Source of the DNA: Octopus vulgaris
Taxonomy: Eukaryota
Assembly (NCBI GenBank): GCA_951406725.2
Contig: OX597826.1
Location: 38,874,001 to 38,938,000 of the forward strand
Direction: 5' to 3'
DNA: 64,000 nt
A program made the position numbers and the translations under genes. The notes below the pieces were generated by a model. That model saw only the letters and a list, made by a program, of their open reading frames with translations. It made no database searches and was not told the origin of the DNA. This document shows, piece after piece, positions 51,102 to 64,000 of the stretch. How positions within the stretch are numbered: the first letter of the stretch is position 1; each line of letters starts with the position of its first letter.

Positions 51102-52259
51102 TAGTAACACTGAATATACTCAAACATTCACTTATCCATGAGTGTGGAATCATATCGTAATCTTTCTTTTAATCTATCCATGCTATTGTTAAGTTTTTCT
51201 TTTTAGATTTCACTTCTTTTAGAAATGCTTTGTCTATGTATAATAGATCTTGCGTTCCTCTAGCGTTCTTCCTGCAATCTTTCTGTCCCTCCGGTAGCAG
51301 ATTCTGACTGTCAAGGTTCTCGTAAATGCTTTCTGAGAGCATTACCCTTGCTTTTGTCTTTCATAAGGAGTACTGTTTTCCCTCTAGTCATCTAATCTAG
51401 TATTACTTCTCCATTCAGGTAATCCTGAAGTTGTTCCCTAGTCATTCATGTAAGGTACTTCTTTAACCAGAAGCCTTAAACTAAATTTGTTCCTGGGCCC
51501 TTCCAATTCGGCCTAACATTTTACTCAATAATGCACAAGCTACCCTTAGTTCTGGCTGCTTCTCACTAACCACTTCTTCCCTTATTTTTTAAAACTATGC
51601 TACATCTCCATCATGACTGACTGGCTTATCCCAAATATTTCTCCAGAAATGTCTAGCTTCTGTATTGGATTTCTCAACTTCAATACTTTCTTCTCCACTG
51701 TTTGGCTATTTCTCCCCTGGTCTGTCTCAAACAATCTGTTCTGTTGATACTGATCTATTTTGGAAAGCTTGTCTGCTGTTGCTATGATACGCTATTTCAA
51801 CTTTTCCACGACTATCCCAAATCCTTTCTCTTGACTAAATATTTTTTCTCAAGAGAAGATTTAAATCTTGTATTTCCCAACTTGTTCAGTTTCCAGGCTT
51901 CTATTCTACTCAGATCTTGCTTTTAAGTTTTCACTTTATTTTCTAATCTTTTCCACTTTTGCTCTTCCCTAATCTTTCCTTGAGGAATACCTGATCTTCT
52001 AATAAATACTACCCCTTCTGCGTAGATCAATAAGTTAGTGTTGCCTATATTTTTAGTATTTATCCTACTGCTAACAGAGTCTGCTTTCCTAGTCATATCT
52101 AGCAGCTTCCTTTTGTTGACGCCCTTTAAAGCTGGTAATCTTTATCTTTCTTCTTTACTCCATGCTTCATACAACTCATCTAAAATTTTCTGACCTTCCT
52201 CACTTAAGTCGCTTAAGTTGCTGGTGCCAGTTGTCCCTTCTTGGTCGGTAGTGCTCAAT

Positions 52260-53400
52260 TAATCTCCCCTGGCACCCAGAGCTTCCTCGAGGACGTCGTT
52301 GCTCTTGCCCACTACTAGTCTCCTATAGAATGCTAAGGTGGAACATCCACCGACTGGCAGGCAGATGAGAGCGCTTGACGACGTTCTAAGTGCCACTCAT
52401 TTGCCACGGCATGCCTAGTCTTCCACGCAGCAGATGCTGGCAACAAATGGACCACCTGACCAATGGAACCCGTCTTTTCACCAAAAAGCAGAAGAGCAAA
52501 TGTTCCAACCTGATCAACAATAGAGCGATGTAAAGTACAACGGTCAGGCGGTAGAAGATAATACAAGCGATACGCGTTCATCTTCTCTGCCCAAGATATC
52601 AGGGTCACTTCCTCTCGGCCCATTTCTGAGTGACACAGGCCTCCCTGCTCGTTATCTCGCCTCAGTTCTTGCTCAATTAGAGATCCGAACCGAATCAGAT
52701 CCCAATTTATCAATTCTGTCCAGTACGCCACGATGCTGTTGGATGACATGGACCTAGTTTTCCAGGTGCCAAGTTGCAGGCCGACATCTGGTTAATTTTC
52801 GCTTATCTCATCGCTTCATATTCCCTTAAAGTAAAACCGATCACTTCAACTTTCGAGATGTCCAACATTATTGCGATGACGTCGTCTGCATAACCCGGAT
52901 CTTCTGCATTCTCGCGGGATGCCCTTCAGCACCTTCAGCTTCCGTAGGAATGGCTTGAGAGCCAGCACTTACAGAAACGGTGAGAGGTGGCATCCTTGAA
53001 AGACGGAATACGCGATGCTAAAAGATTCCGAAAGCTTACTTTGGTCACTGAGATGTCGCTATACATTGCAGCGATTCATCCGCTATAGATGGGAACGAAA
53101 CTCACTGCTGCGGGTTGGTACTTGACCTTATCAAGTTTTCGATTCGTCCTAATTGACTATGGCCCTATCACGAGAGGCGAAGGTTCTCGTAAATAGAGCT
53201 GTTTCAGACAGCACGTCTGTGTGACACCGACCAATCTATAAACAAACGACAACCTCTTGGCAAACACCTTGACCTAAATCTTTTTATCTACGTGTAGAAG
53301 AGTTACGGGCATAAAATTATCAATATGATCTCCATTGTTTGTGTTCTCCCTCACCAGCACTCCCACACCTCAGCTCACAGACGCGTTCAGCTTCCAATAT
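52260..53400 (-). mobile_element. Tx1/L1-clade RT remnant
   Basis: SVFQGCHLSPFL..LALKPFLRKL, GYADDVIAI and EQGGLC; stops and frameshifts. Confidence 0.75.
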
Positions 53401-53849
53401 CCGGAGCTTATCTCGTCGACTATACAGATCACAAATTTATGATCTGTGCAGCTGATGGCTTTAAATTGTTGACTGCCTATGCTATTTCTATTGGATAGCC
53501 TTCAGATAACTCTCTCTAGATATGACCAGCAGATACGAAACCGAAGTGACTTTAAAAAGGCCGAACCCTTAAAAAGGTCACGGATGGGTAATGCACATAC
53601 GCTCACAAACAAAACACAATTACAGCTAATCACCTGGGTGTACACACACAACCGCCTACACACATACATACATGCATGCATACATACATACATACAAATA
53701 TACATACATACATACATACATACATACATACATACATACATACATACATACATACATACATACATACGTACGTACACACATATATATAATGTAAATAAGC
53801 AACAAGGATCTACAAGTGTCAAAACATTATGGCCGTTTCAAGTGGCTCC

Positions 53850-53937
53850 GTTTAATTGATCAATGAAAACATTACATCAATTTGAAAGAGAGCCGTTTAT
53901 TTCAAATTGATGTAATGTTTTCATTGATCAATTAAAC
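53850..53937. repeat. 38-bp perfect inverted repeat with 12-nt loop
   Basis: gtttaattgatcaatgaaaacattacatcaatttgaaa (53850-53887) pairs with 53900-53937. Confidence 0.95.
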
Positions 53938-53968
53938 AGAGACGCTTGAAACAATATATATATATTGT

Positions 53969-54042
<74 letters not shown>

Positions 54043-54162
54043 CGGGAAGCTTTATGAAAATAAACAAAAGACGAAGGCAGGTGGAATACAAACAAACAAT
54101 TGTATTAGTATGGCGCTCAGGAATATAAATAAAACAAGTCTTTTACGTTTCGAGCCTACGCT

Positions 54163-54296
54163 CTTCAGTTTCCGACTACCAAATCCATTCATAAGGCTTT
54201 GGTCGGTCCGAGGCTATAGTAGAAGACACTTGCTCAAGGTGTCACGCTTTGTGACTGAACTCGGGACTATGTGGTTGCGAAACAAGCTTCTAACCA
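54163..54296 (-). mobile_element. SINE family 1, 5' part only
   Basis: Family match, diverged. Confidence 0.75.
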
Positions 54297-55329
54297 TATA
54301 GTATACAAAACAATAGGGATCACAGTGATCGTGGTCATTAGATCAGTAGTTTCCAGCAAATGATTTGTTAATGAATAGATTGATTAAGAAATGATTTTTC
54401 TGTTACCAAAATGGAACTATCTTTTTCTGGATATTAGTTTTCTTTTTATCATTTGTTTGTTTTGATACTCTTGTGTGGGTAGATTTGAGGGAGTGTCCAC
54501 TTTCTTTTAAGGTCCAAATGGCGCACAACTTTTCAACTCCCAAATGGCGCACAGTTTTTCATGGCAGTCGGCCGAGATATCACATTTGTAGCGATGCAAA
54601 CCACTTAATGGTTTTTGTACTCACTGCAAAAAAAGGACGCCCCACCCTCTACTGCCACCACCTCTATCATAGCAGTAACATTAACATCAAAAGCAGCAGC
54701 AGCAGAAACACCAACAACAGCAGCAGCAGCAACAATGCCAAGAGTAGCGGCACCAAAAACAACAGCAGCAGCGCCAGATGGAGCAGCAGGAGAGGTTCAC
54801 TCAACAATATCAACAGCAAAAGCATCGCCTAAACCATCACAACCGAAAGAAGCCTCACCTCATGAGTCGAGCAAACCACGGACATAGAAATGCGCGACTC
54901 CGAAGACATACCCCTCCTCCTGCCATAGACTTCTCCGACTGTGAAAACTCAAAACCAGCAGAATGGATTTTGTGAAGGGAAAAGACAAAAAAAGAACATG
55001 AAAAGCGTGGCACCAGACTATAAACGAAGAGATCAGAGGAAGAGATACATAAACGAGCATACAATCACACATCCACGTACTCGACACCAGCGAAACCACA
55101 AACATCAACACTAGAAATACTACGAACGTACACAACACCCTACAACAAACGAAAACACACACTAATACCCAACAACTTGAAAGGCACTTCCAAAGCATCA
55201 CAAGATATACAACAATACATAGATATTACTCAATGTGAATACATTACAACGCCACATAACACCCCTTGCTCACTTATAAATTATAAAAACAATGCAACAA
55301 ACTTACAAAATGAAAGCAAAATATCACAA

Positions 55330-57775
55330 GGGAATGGGAGATTTCTATGGGACCATGAACAAAAGACTCTTGGGAGTGGGACAACCTTAGGGCATCTAGA
55401 TGTTTTCTTGGTAACATCCCAGTCATCAGAGCTAGTGGGCCACTGGAACACCATTTTGGATGCACGTTTGGATTGTGTGGAGCTAAATGATAGAAGAGAA
55501 GGTGCAAAGGCCTCGCTAACACGTACAGGCTGTATTTTCCGAATGTGCCGACGTGAGAATGGACGAACCTCATCAGGTTATTTAGATTTTGCAGTATTTT
55601 GCAGGCCAGTAGATAAGTATAACATAGGTTGTCCTCTTTTTAAAATCATTGGCTATATGGACCACAACTTTGTGATCTGTACGGTCGACCTAGTTAGGTT
55701 TCATGGGTAGGCGCTCGGCTACTAAAGGCTTAATGCATCGATCTCGGCGTGTCAAGCTTACGGAGAGCAGGTTAGTGAATTAGTTAAGTGGTCATTGACG
55801 AAGCCAATCGTCCACAACAAATCGTGTTTTACAGTGAAAAGAGAGATCAGTGTACAATCAGTTTAGGTTTAGTAAAGCCATAGTGACAGAAAGAAATAGA
55901 ATAAAGGGAAATGTTAGAAGAGACGTCTAGTATAAGCATAGAAACCGACATGCTTGTAGTGATATTGGTCCTCCATAAATTTTTCAACGCTAAGCACCAA
56001 GATTGCATTGTCAGAGCTAAGGTGCGTATTCGATGGGTCCAAGCAGTAGACGCGCAACGTGGCAACAAAGTCTCAATTTTTGTCTTTAGTGTACAAAATG
56101 GGTGCATGCAACTTGAGCTCGAGCTCGTGTGCGGCATTTCAGAAGCATTCTGCTCGACTGTTTGGGATGAATGGTGGACCGGAACGCAGGAAGGACTTCA
56201 ATACCTATTCTGCTATTTTGACTTCAATACCTATTCTTACCTATGACTCTCGGTAAGGTAAGCAGGATGTAGTAAAAAACCAATAACGGCCGCGGAAATA
56301 AGGGAAACGTGGAAACAGATCACCATTTTGGATTTAGATTTAGTGTGCCTTGAGAGTTTTACTTAAATATATTAGACTTGCTTGGAGACTTCTTGGCAGA
56401 TATATATCGCAAATGTCGGCAGAACGGGAGAATTTCTAGTCCTATGAGTCGTGGAACTGTAACACTGCTAGGAAAGGATCCAAACAAGGGGAATTGAGCA
56501 TATAATTCTAGGCCTGTATCTCTGTTAAATGCGGATTTCAAAATTTTGTCCAAGGGGTTAGCGAAGAGATTGGCGCGTGTCGTTCAGACACTGATTGGTG
56601 ATGTGCAAGCATGTGCCATCCCCAGCAGATCTATCCACAAAAACCTCCACCGTGTGTCATACATAATAGACAGGGTAGGTAAAGAACCTGACATGGATGT
56701 AGCCTGACCAATTTATGGGTTGACCACCAATACTTGGCTGCCGTTGTCACAGCTGTCGGTTTCGATCCCGTCTTCTGCGGCTGGAGTGCCGCAATGTACA
56801 GCGACATCTGCACGGTAGTTTGAGTGAATGGTTACCTATGGGAAAGATTCGGAACTATGCGCTCTGTCTGTGAAGGTTATCCCCTCTCGTCTCTTCTTTT
56901 GAACAGATACATAGGCTTGATCGGCGCAGCTGTAAAAGAATACGAGGCGGTGACAGGAGTAAAAAATTAAGCAAGGAAAGTCAATGGGCGGCCTGCAGCT
57001 CGGCATGTAAAGAGGTAGATCTATGCTACCCAATAGCTTCGTGGGATGCTGGACGGATGGAATCGTTAAATTGCTTGGGGTCTGGTGTTTGTAGACTCTT
57101 ACAAAGATAAAGTTTTGACAACGACGAAAGTCATGATGTTCTCACCATTTCCAAAATTCCAGAAGGAATGCTTTTAGTAAGAACGACTTCCACAATATAT
57201 CATATTTTGAGAAAACATTTACCACATGGTGTGGGAGTATTCAAAAACTTGTTAGACAAAAGGGTATGTGAAGGCTCATACAAAGGTCCCGATAACGGAC
57301 CGACCCAAGACTAGGATAAGTAACTGACTTCACTTTTTGTTTCTTTCGCTCTTCCTGGAATGGCAAGTCTAAGAGTAGATTGAATAAATGCTCGTGGCCT
57401 AGGGGCAGATGGAAGCAGGGTTACCTACTCGACCATTTCAGATCACTCTGGATGCAGAAACCAGTTTGGCAGGCCCGAGTAATAGAGGCGCAACGTGATA
57501 AAATCACAATTCAGTCTTTGATGGACGAAAATGGGTACATGTTACTCAACCCGTGCAGATATGCGTGTCATTTCAGCAGCATTTCATTGGGCTGTTTGGG
57601 ACGAATAGCCGAACAGAACTCAGGATGGATTTCACTGCCTAATTCGACGGCCTGCTCCGACTTTCGTTAAAGAAAGTGGAGCATTACAAAAAGTCTATTA
57701 GCAGCAGAAATACAGAAAGCAATGATGGGCTGCACGGAGAGCAAATGACCTGGTTTGGATGGTCTGCCCACACCG
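55330..57775 (+). mobile_element. Tx1/L1-clade ORF2 remnants (APE and RT N-terminus), rearranged
   Basis: SGYLD..GYMDHNFV, GY*RLNASI and RGTVTLLGKDPNKG..RPVSLLNADFKILSKGLAKRL..QACAIPSRSIHKNLH; a second piece near 57420-57770 ends PGLDGLP. Confidence 0.8.
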
Positions 57776-58647
57776 ACTTCCATTTGTTTGCCTCTCAAGA
57801 ATAAATTCTTAAATGAAGTCACACACCGAAATATTATACAAAGGAAACTGCAACTATGGCTAAACTAAAAATAGCACCCACCTAAACAGTAAAGACTAAA
57901 AGATCTGTTCACACAGGAATAGAGAAATTGACGGTGGGGTGAAGTGACTGGGATTTAACGAATGGCGGACACAGGAATTTAACGGGGGAAAGTAATGTTC
58001 AATTAATTAAAAGAAAAAAATTAAAATTAAACATCGGAAACTGGAAATTAAAAAAGTAAAATAATGTATTGAAATAGCTAACTACATAGCAAAAATGTTG
58101 TATACACTGCTTCATTATAACGATCTCAAATTGGTTACGATAGTTTTTATAGCTTTATTGATAAACCCAATAACATATTTCCTCATTAAAATTCGTTTTT
58201 TTTTATTAAACTCTTTGTTATATGCGCCAAAGGAACATGTAGCTTTCCCATTAGCAAGGTCTAAAGTTCGCACTAAACGCAGCTCATAGACTTGTATATA
58301 ACAAAGAAATTTAAAATATTTGAAAATACATATATGAAAAGGAATTATTTCCATTTTTAGGGACATTCTTGTTACGGATATTTCGAGTTTATGGCGTCCA
58401 AGCGTTACTAATCTTCAGATCTTGGCTAAAATTCCTGTAGTAATACATTAATTTGAATCATCATGTCATTCATAATGGCCGATGTGCTCCGCTGTCTGAA
58501 TTTTGGACAGAAAATCCTTACTACATTTCCTTTTAAACGAGAAAGAAAGCATTAAGATTAAGTGGGTGTGTAACTCGAGGGATTTTGTACTGAAAATAGT
58601 TGAGGCACTAAATTGACTGAAAACAGTCAAAAAAACGTTATTTAAAA

Positions 58648-58678
<31 letters not shown>

Positions 58679-58879
58679 AAATACTGTGTCAAGGGAAGTT
58701 ATTCAAAATATATAAATATATGTTACTTCCCTTGTTCTGCAACTGGTGAGTCATTTCATCTACATTTGGAACTCTTCGGTTTGGACAGGGAACACCACGG
58801 TTTGGAACTTCGTGGTTTATTCACACGCATACATATCTGCAAATATGAAACAGTTTCAATAATACAAATCCCAAGACCG

Positions 58880-59297
58880 GGATCTTTTCGGTTTGAACGG
58901 CAGTTTTTTCTAGCGGTGTCATATGAAATTGTCACCCATAATTATGACCCTAGTATCGATCTATTGCATTTCAATCTGTTTTAGGGTTAGGGTTAGGGGT
59001 GGGGGAAAGGGTAACTTTTTTTCTTCAGAAATGTAAATAAACCCAATCTGTTTCTTAAACGAGGGACATATTCATACGGCACAGAATGTTTTCACCTCAA
59101 TAGACGTCATTGATTGGTTGAAATTGCAGAAATTGAAGAAAAAACAACAATAAATATCTTACAAACTATAGAATTTTCTCAATAAAGCTAAGAGAAAATG
59201 ATGTTTTATAAACACATTCTACCAGTATACGAAGTTTAAAAGTGTTTAGTTACGTGGAAATTATTTTAAAAAACTGCCGGTCAAACCGAAAAGATCC
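58880..59297 (+). mobile_element. Merlin-like MITE copy 5
   Basis: TIRs; TSD caagaccg/caagactg (1 mismatch). Confidence 0.92.
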
Positions 59298-59385
59298 CAA
59301 GACTGTTTTGGTTTAAACAAAAGACCCTTGCAAATATACTGAACCTTATATATTGAAATATATGTGTGTGTGAATATATATGAGC

Positions 59386-60030
59386 AATAATAAATCTCTG
59401 AGCGAGATATAAACAGTAGCCGCACGATATCGGGAAGTATATTTGCCACCTAAATGTGGCTAACCCTCGAGAGTTGATGCTACTGTAGCTTGTAACCCCA
59501 ACAAAACATCTCCTCCAGCTGGCTATTGACATACTTCCTGTGCCCTATCAATATTTGCAAAGGGAAGTCATCGTTCCCATCTCCAGGCTGACGTGATATA
59601 CACGGACCCAAGTTTCTGAGTATTGGCCCGTTGGTGATGGGAAGTGATTCTCAATGCAAATATATATACTTTTTCCAGTGACGAAAACTCACTGATCTCG
59701 GAAAAATGGAAACAATAATAATAAATCTCTGAGCGAGGTATAAACAGTAGCCGCACAACATCGTGAAGTATATTTGCCTCCTAAATGTGGCTTTCGAGAT
59801 CAGTGACTTTTCGTCACTGAAAAAGTATATATATTTGCATTGAGAATCGCTCCCCATTGCCAACCAGTTGTTGTCACAGTTGTATCATGGGAGCGATGAA
59901 TTCCCCTTGCAAATACTGACAGGGCACAGATAGTGTGTCAATAGCCAGCTAGAGGAGATGTCTTTCTGGGGCTACAAGCTACAGTAGCATCAACCTGGTT
60001 TTAGTCACATTTAGGTGGCAAATATATTTC
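59386..60030. repeat. Compound direct plus inverted repeat element
   Basis: Outer IR about 59437-59580 / 59888-60027, inner IR 59648-59704 / 59792-59847, direct repeat 59386-59461 / 59717-59791. Confidence 0.85.
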
Positions 60031-60112
<82 letters not shown>

Positions 60113-60323
60113 TATTTGCCAAGTTGGACCACTGAGCCGAACACATTTTTTTTCATTCTCTCTATTTTCATTTCTTTTTATACCTTTCTGTCAAAGAGCG
60201 TAGGCTCGAAATATAAATGACTTTTCCATTTTTCCCAAGTGTCAAACTAATGCATGTGCTTGTTGTTTCCACCTGTCTTCGTCTTTGTTTTTCTATAAAT
60301 TTGAACTATATATATATATATAT

Positions 60324-60483
60324 CCTTTATATTTCAGTCATTAGAGGGTACAGCCTTGAACATTTAGTTGAATGAATCAATACTTTTTAACTTTAAGCCT
60401 GATACTTATTATATCGGCCTCTTTTTGATGAACTGCTAAGTCACGGGGACATAAACAAACCACACAAGTTGTCAAGCTGTGGT

Positions 60484-60525
<42 letters not shown>

Positions 60526-60668
60526 ACAGGATTCTCTCAGTTTCTGTTTCCCAAATCCACTGACAAGACTGTAGTTAGCTACAGTAGAATACACTTGCCC
60601 AAAGTACCACACAGTGGGACTGAACCCAGGACCATGTGGTATGGAAGCAAGCTTCTTACCACACAGCT
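60324..60668 (-). mobile_element. SINE family 1 (old, diverged)
   Basis: Family match. Confidence 0.75.
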
Positions 60669-61199
60669 TCTCTTTCTCTCTCTCTCTATCTATATATCTA
60701 AGTTAAAATCAAAGTTTAAATTTAAAACTTAAACTTTATGTTTTGGGTTTGTCCTTAGTAGTATGCTGATAAAGCATATTCACTGTGTATGGCTACCTGG
60801 TGTCATCCATGGTAATTGCACAATCATTGCTGGATCTATGTTAGCAATTCCTCGGTGTACATTGAGTATAGTAGAAGCAATAGATACAGAAGATAGAATA
60901 TACTGGAAACTTTATTTATCACGATTATTTCAACACATCCTACATCACACCCTCGTAGATGGGGAAACTATATGATGAACTACAGTGCATCCCAATGTGC
61001 AGAAGCATCATGATGTAACACAGTTTCTCATTTCGTAAGCAATGTTTTGTTCTTAATATCAGCTACAGCCTGTTGATAACAGTCGCATCTAAAATACATT
61101 GAGAAAGAAATAACAAAAGCTAGAATCAGTTGCTAAACTATGGAAACAAAGAAGAAGCATTCAAGAAAAATAATGCAAAACAAATAAGGAAAATAAAAC

Positions 61200-61445
61200 A
61201 TACAATAAATTAAAACAAAACACAGTTATGTCCATATCTGTCACGCTGTTCTGTAGACTAGCTAGATTTATTACCATAAGCTAGTTGACAGAACAGCGGG
61301 ACAGATACTGACACATTTAATAGTGTGTTTTATTTTAATTTATTGTATACTTTCCTGACCATGACATTTTCCTCCCTACTTAACCATCTCTAGCATTTTT
61401 AAATAAGGAAACTTACCTCATTGAAAAATATAAACCAAAACTTAA
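61200..61445 (+). mobile_element. Approximately 65-bp-arm hairpin followed by a PLE-like GIY-YIG C-terminus
   Basis: tatctgtcacgctgttctgt / acagaacagcgggacagata; FLNKETYLIEKYKPKLN at about 61376-61446. Confidence 0.55.
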
Positions 61446-62104
61446 CCACTTCTAACATTTTATTCTATCAAAATCAAATAATGTTAAATTAACAAAACCT
61501 AATCGTTCCCAACATTTTTGATTATCTCCCTTATACTGAAAAGATCTCCGATAACCTCTGGAACTCTCCTACATCACACCATAGCGAAGAGATAACATAA
61601 TATCGGTAAAGAAATTTGAGAAAATACGAAACCGGTTATCTCTCCAAAACCAATGTCACTACACACAAAATTTTATAACATTTTCCTGTATGTATGTATA
61701 TATATATATATATATATATACATATATATACAGAAGATTTCTGCTGGTGTTTTGCAATCTGCATGACGGCACCACAGCTGGAAACCATTAGCCAAGGTCG
61801 AAGGGAGACAATCGTTTACCTTCGTGGTTCTTTGGTGACCGCATGGCAGTGCGGCCGAAGACAGATGGACAATGGGAGATAATCACCTAAGGTTTTACCT
61901 TTAAAAATGAGGATTTTCTCCCTCTATATTTTAAAGAGATCTCAGGCTAGCAGTATTTGGCGTCTGAAGATACACCCGTAAGACTAAACCCCCTTATGAG
62001 CGAGAAACCCAAGGTAACCCCATAAACTGTCCTACCGGACTATAATAGTGTCTGCTCCACATCTTAGAGTGTGCTTCTCCTCCAGATTTATGTATTTCTA
62101 CAAA

Positions 62105-62202
<98 letters not shown>

Positions 62203-63479
62203 CTTCTGAGCAAGGACTAAAGAAGATTATTCTAAAGCCAATATACCGATTATCCACATTTAAACCGCGTGCTACATAAAATTGAACTGAAAATCGGGCA
62301 ACTAACCGTTGGAACGTTTAAGTTTCGTTATCTCAATATTTAATCAATTTCGGAATTAACCACACAAGGATTCGATCTTCATCAGTTGAGCGTACGAGGG
62401 GATATAAGTAAGGTACTCACATGCGTCCATGGAAACAGCCGAAGCGGATAACACAAATACATTTAAGTAACTCAATTATATCTAAAAATAAAAATTCCTA
62501 GGTCAGTCTCAGGACAACATGACTTCTCGCCGCTACATATTGTAGTGGTTACAAGTCTCTTGTAGCAGGCGGTAATGAGTTTACTACTATTAAAAAGGAT
62601 GAAGCTTTTTTCTCTACAGAAAAAAATTCCATCAAGAAGTGTGGCAGTATATTAAAGAACCATTACGGTATATATTTTATATAAATTTGAGTTATTTCCC
62701 TTGGTACGTGTAAGCATTCTGAGCAAAAACGATTGTTGCACTTCGAAAGTTTTCATGACGTGAATGGTTGCGCAGATCAGCAGAGGATGAAATTGACCTC
62801 AGTATTTAGATTCTTTATTACATCGACTTCTACGGGATGAAAGGCAGCAATTTGAATTCAGGCTATTTGACCCAAATACCACAAAGTATTTTGTCCGACT
62901 GAATGAGTACCCAACGTAGAGACAATATTATACGGATATGTATGCATAAGTTGCTTAAATATTCAAATTTTACTGTAGAAAGTTGGTCTAATTTATACTA
63001 CATCAACTATTTAGAGTCATATACTAAATCTTTGAATATTCCTGAACGTCTTCACTTGTCTGTTTACAGACTGTGTTTGACGAGTATATAGTAAATGATA
63101 TTTTTCTTAGCTTGAAAATTTCGTCAATATTGATACTGTATAGAGCGAAAGAAAGTTATTGCCATTGCGGATAATCTATCAAGCGCTTATTGTCATAAAA
63201 AAATTAATAGATGCTGAACTCTGAATTTAAAATGAAATATCAGCTATTTATTGCAATCAGTGAGAGTTATTGTATAAGCCGTAGTCCTAAATTGGTCTCA
63301 GTAAACGGATTCCAATATCTGCTGAGTGTTCGCAAAGGGAGTATTCAATTTTCATTTCATTGTTTAGTTCCAGGTCAGACCTGATCGAGCAGAAATATGG
63401 ATGTTTGTTATTCCTCCACTTGCACCAGTCATTTCCTCCCTCTCTCTTTATGCCTCGTTTTCCACATGAAACGGAAAAT

Positions 63480-63796
63480 AAGGCTGGAGAAGAAATGCCT
63501 GTCGCAAAGTGTGTTTCGTAAAAGATGGAAGTCTATAGCAAGTATGTTGCGAGTGAAAGAACCTGTTTAATCGAGAATGTAAAAAAGGAGAAAGCAAAGT
63601 CTTCAGTGTGCGTATGTGGTTTGTGGGGTCGACCGTGTCCTCCGCTTCATTTTTTGTTAATCACTCATTCTCATTTAATTGTATATATTTTAATTGTTTG
63701 TTTATTCATACGTTTCGTCTCATTCGATACCCTGACCCCAACGTTTGTTTTGTCTGTCCCCTTTTTTTCTCAACCTTATGGTGAATAAAGAAATAC
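63480..63796 (+). mobile_element. Probable Tx1-like LINE 3' end
   Basis: SQSVFRKRWKSIASM, then a T-rich UTR ending tttgtctgtccc..aaccttatggtgaataaagaaata. Confidence 0.5.
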
Positions 63797-64000
63797 TCTC
63801 TTTATGCCTCTCTTTGACTGACTCTCTCTATTTATATCTCTGCAGTAGCGTCTTACTTTACTTCTCTCTCCCTGTTAATAATATCATCCTTCATTTCTCT
63901 CTCTCTCTTTCTTCCTTTCTTTCCTTCTTTGTTTCTTTCCCATTGTTATTAGCTCTCTCTATTATCAGCAATTTGCTCTTAATCTCTCTCTTTTTTCCTG

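Larger units (their letters stand above)
48697..52250 (-). mobile_element. Dong/R4-clade LINE, decayed, with nested fold-back element and SINE
   Basis: C-terminus KTVLLGTARILRKVLGI* with (AAC)n-like tail; NHLFYTDDLKIF, IFKGDSLSL, RNARGTQDLLYIDK and FWRNIWD. Confidence 0.88.

Noticed and set aside
54473-54975. Low-complexity ORFs upstream of the Tx1 remnant
   Set aside because: (CAG/CAA)-rich with no recognisable domain; could be ORF1 debris but unsupported.
61530-61640. CTGAAAAG ... GAAACCGGTT hammerhead candidate after PLE end
   Set aside because: Core 3-8 pair is mismatched and no convincing stem I forms.

Overview
AT-rich, repeat-saturated eukaryotic DNA with no recognisable host gene. 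The SINE families and the microsatellite load suggest an octopus or other cephalopod genome (inference from recall, no database search). Almost every listed ORF is a microsatellite translation or a broken transposon fragment. Retroelements present: two abundant tRNA-headed SINE families, decayed LINEs (CR1, RTE, Dong/R4, Tx1/L1), Penelope-like (PLE) GIY-YIG fragments and a Gypsy remnant. DNA elements present: Helitron and hAT remnants, five copies of a Merlin-like MITE with 8-bp TSDs and internal TTAGGG repeats, and several fold-back elements. Most interesting signals: (1) minimal and variant hammerhead-ribozyme folds at the centres of inverted repeats beside (TA)n tracts; (2) an HDV-like ribozyme fold at the 5' end of a short RTE-derived element; (3) an ORF1-only Tx1/L1-like element whose 3' tail is shared with a SINE and a LINE end; (4) a SINE-mediated 1.06-kb tandem duplication with a chimeric SINE. 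All calls are by eye, and boundaries of decayed elements are approximate.
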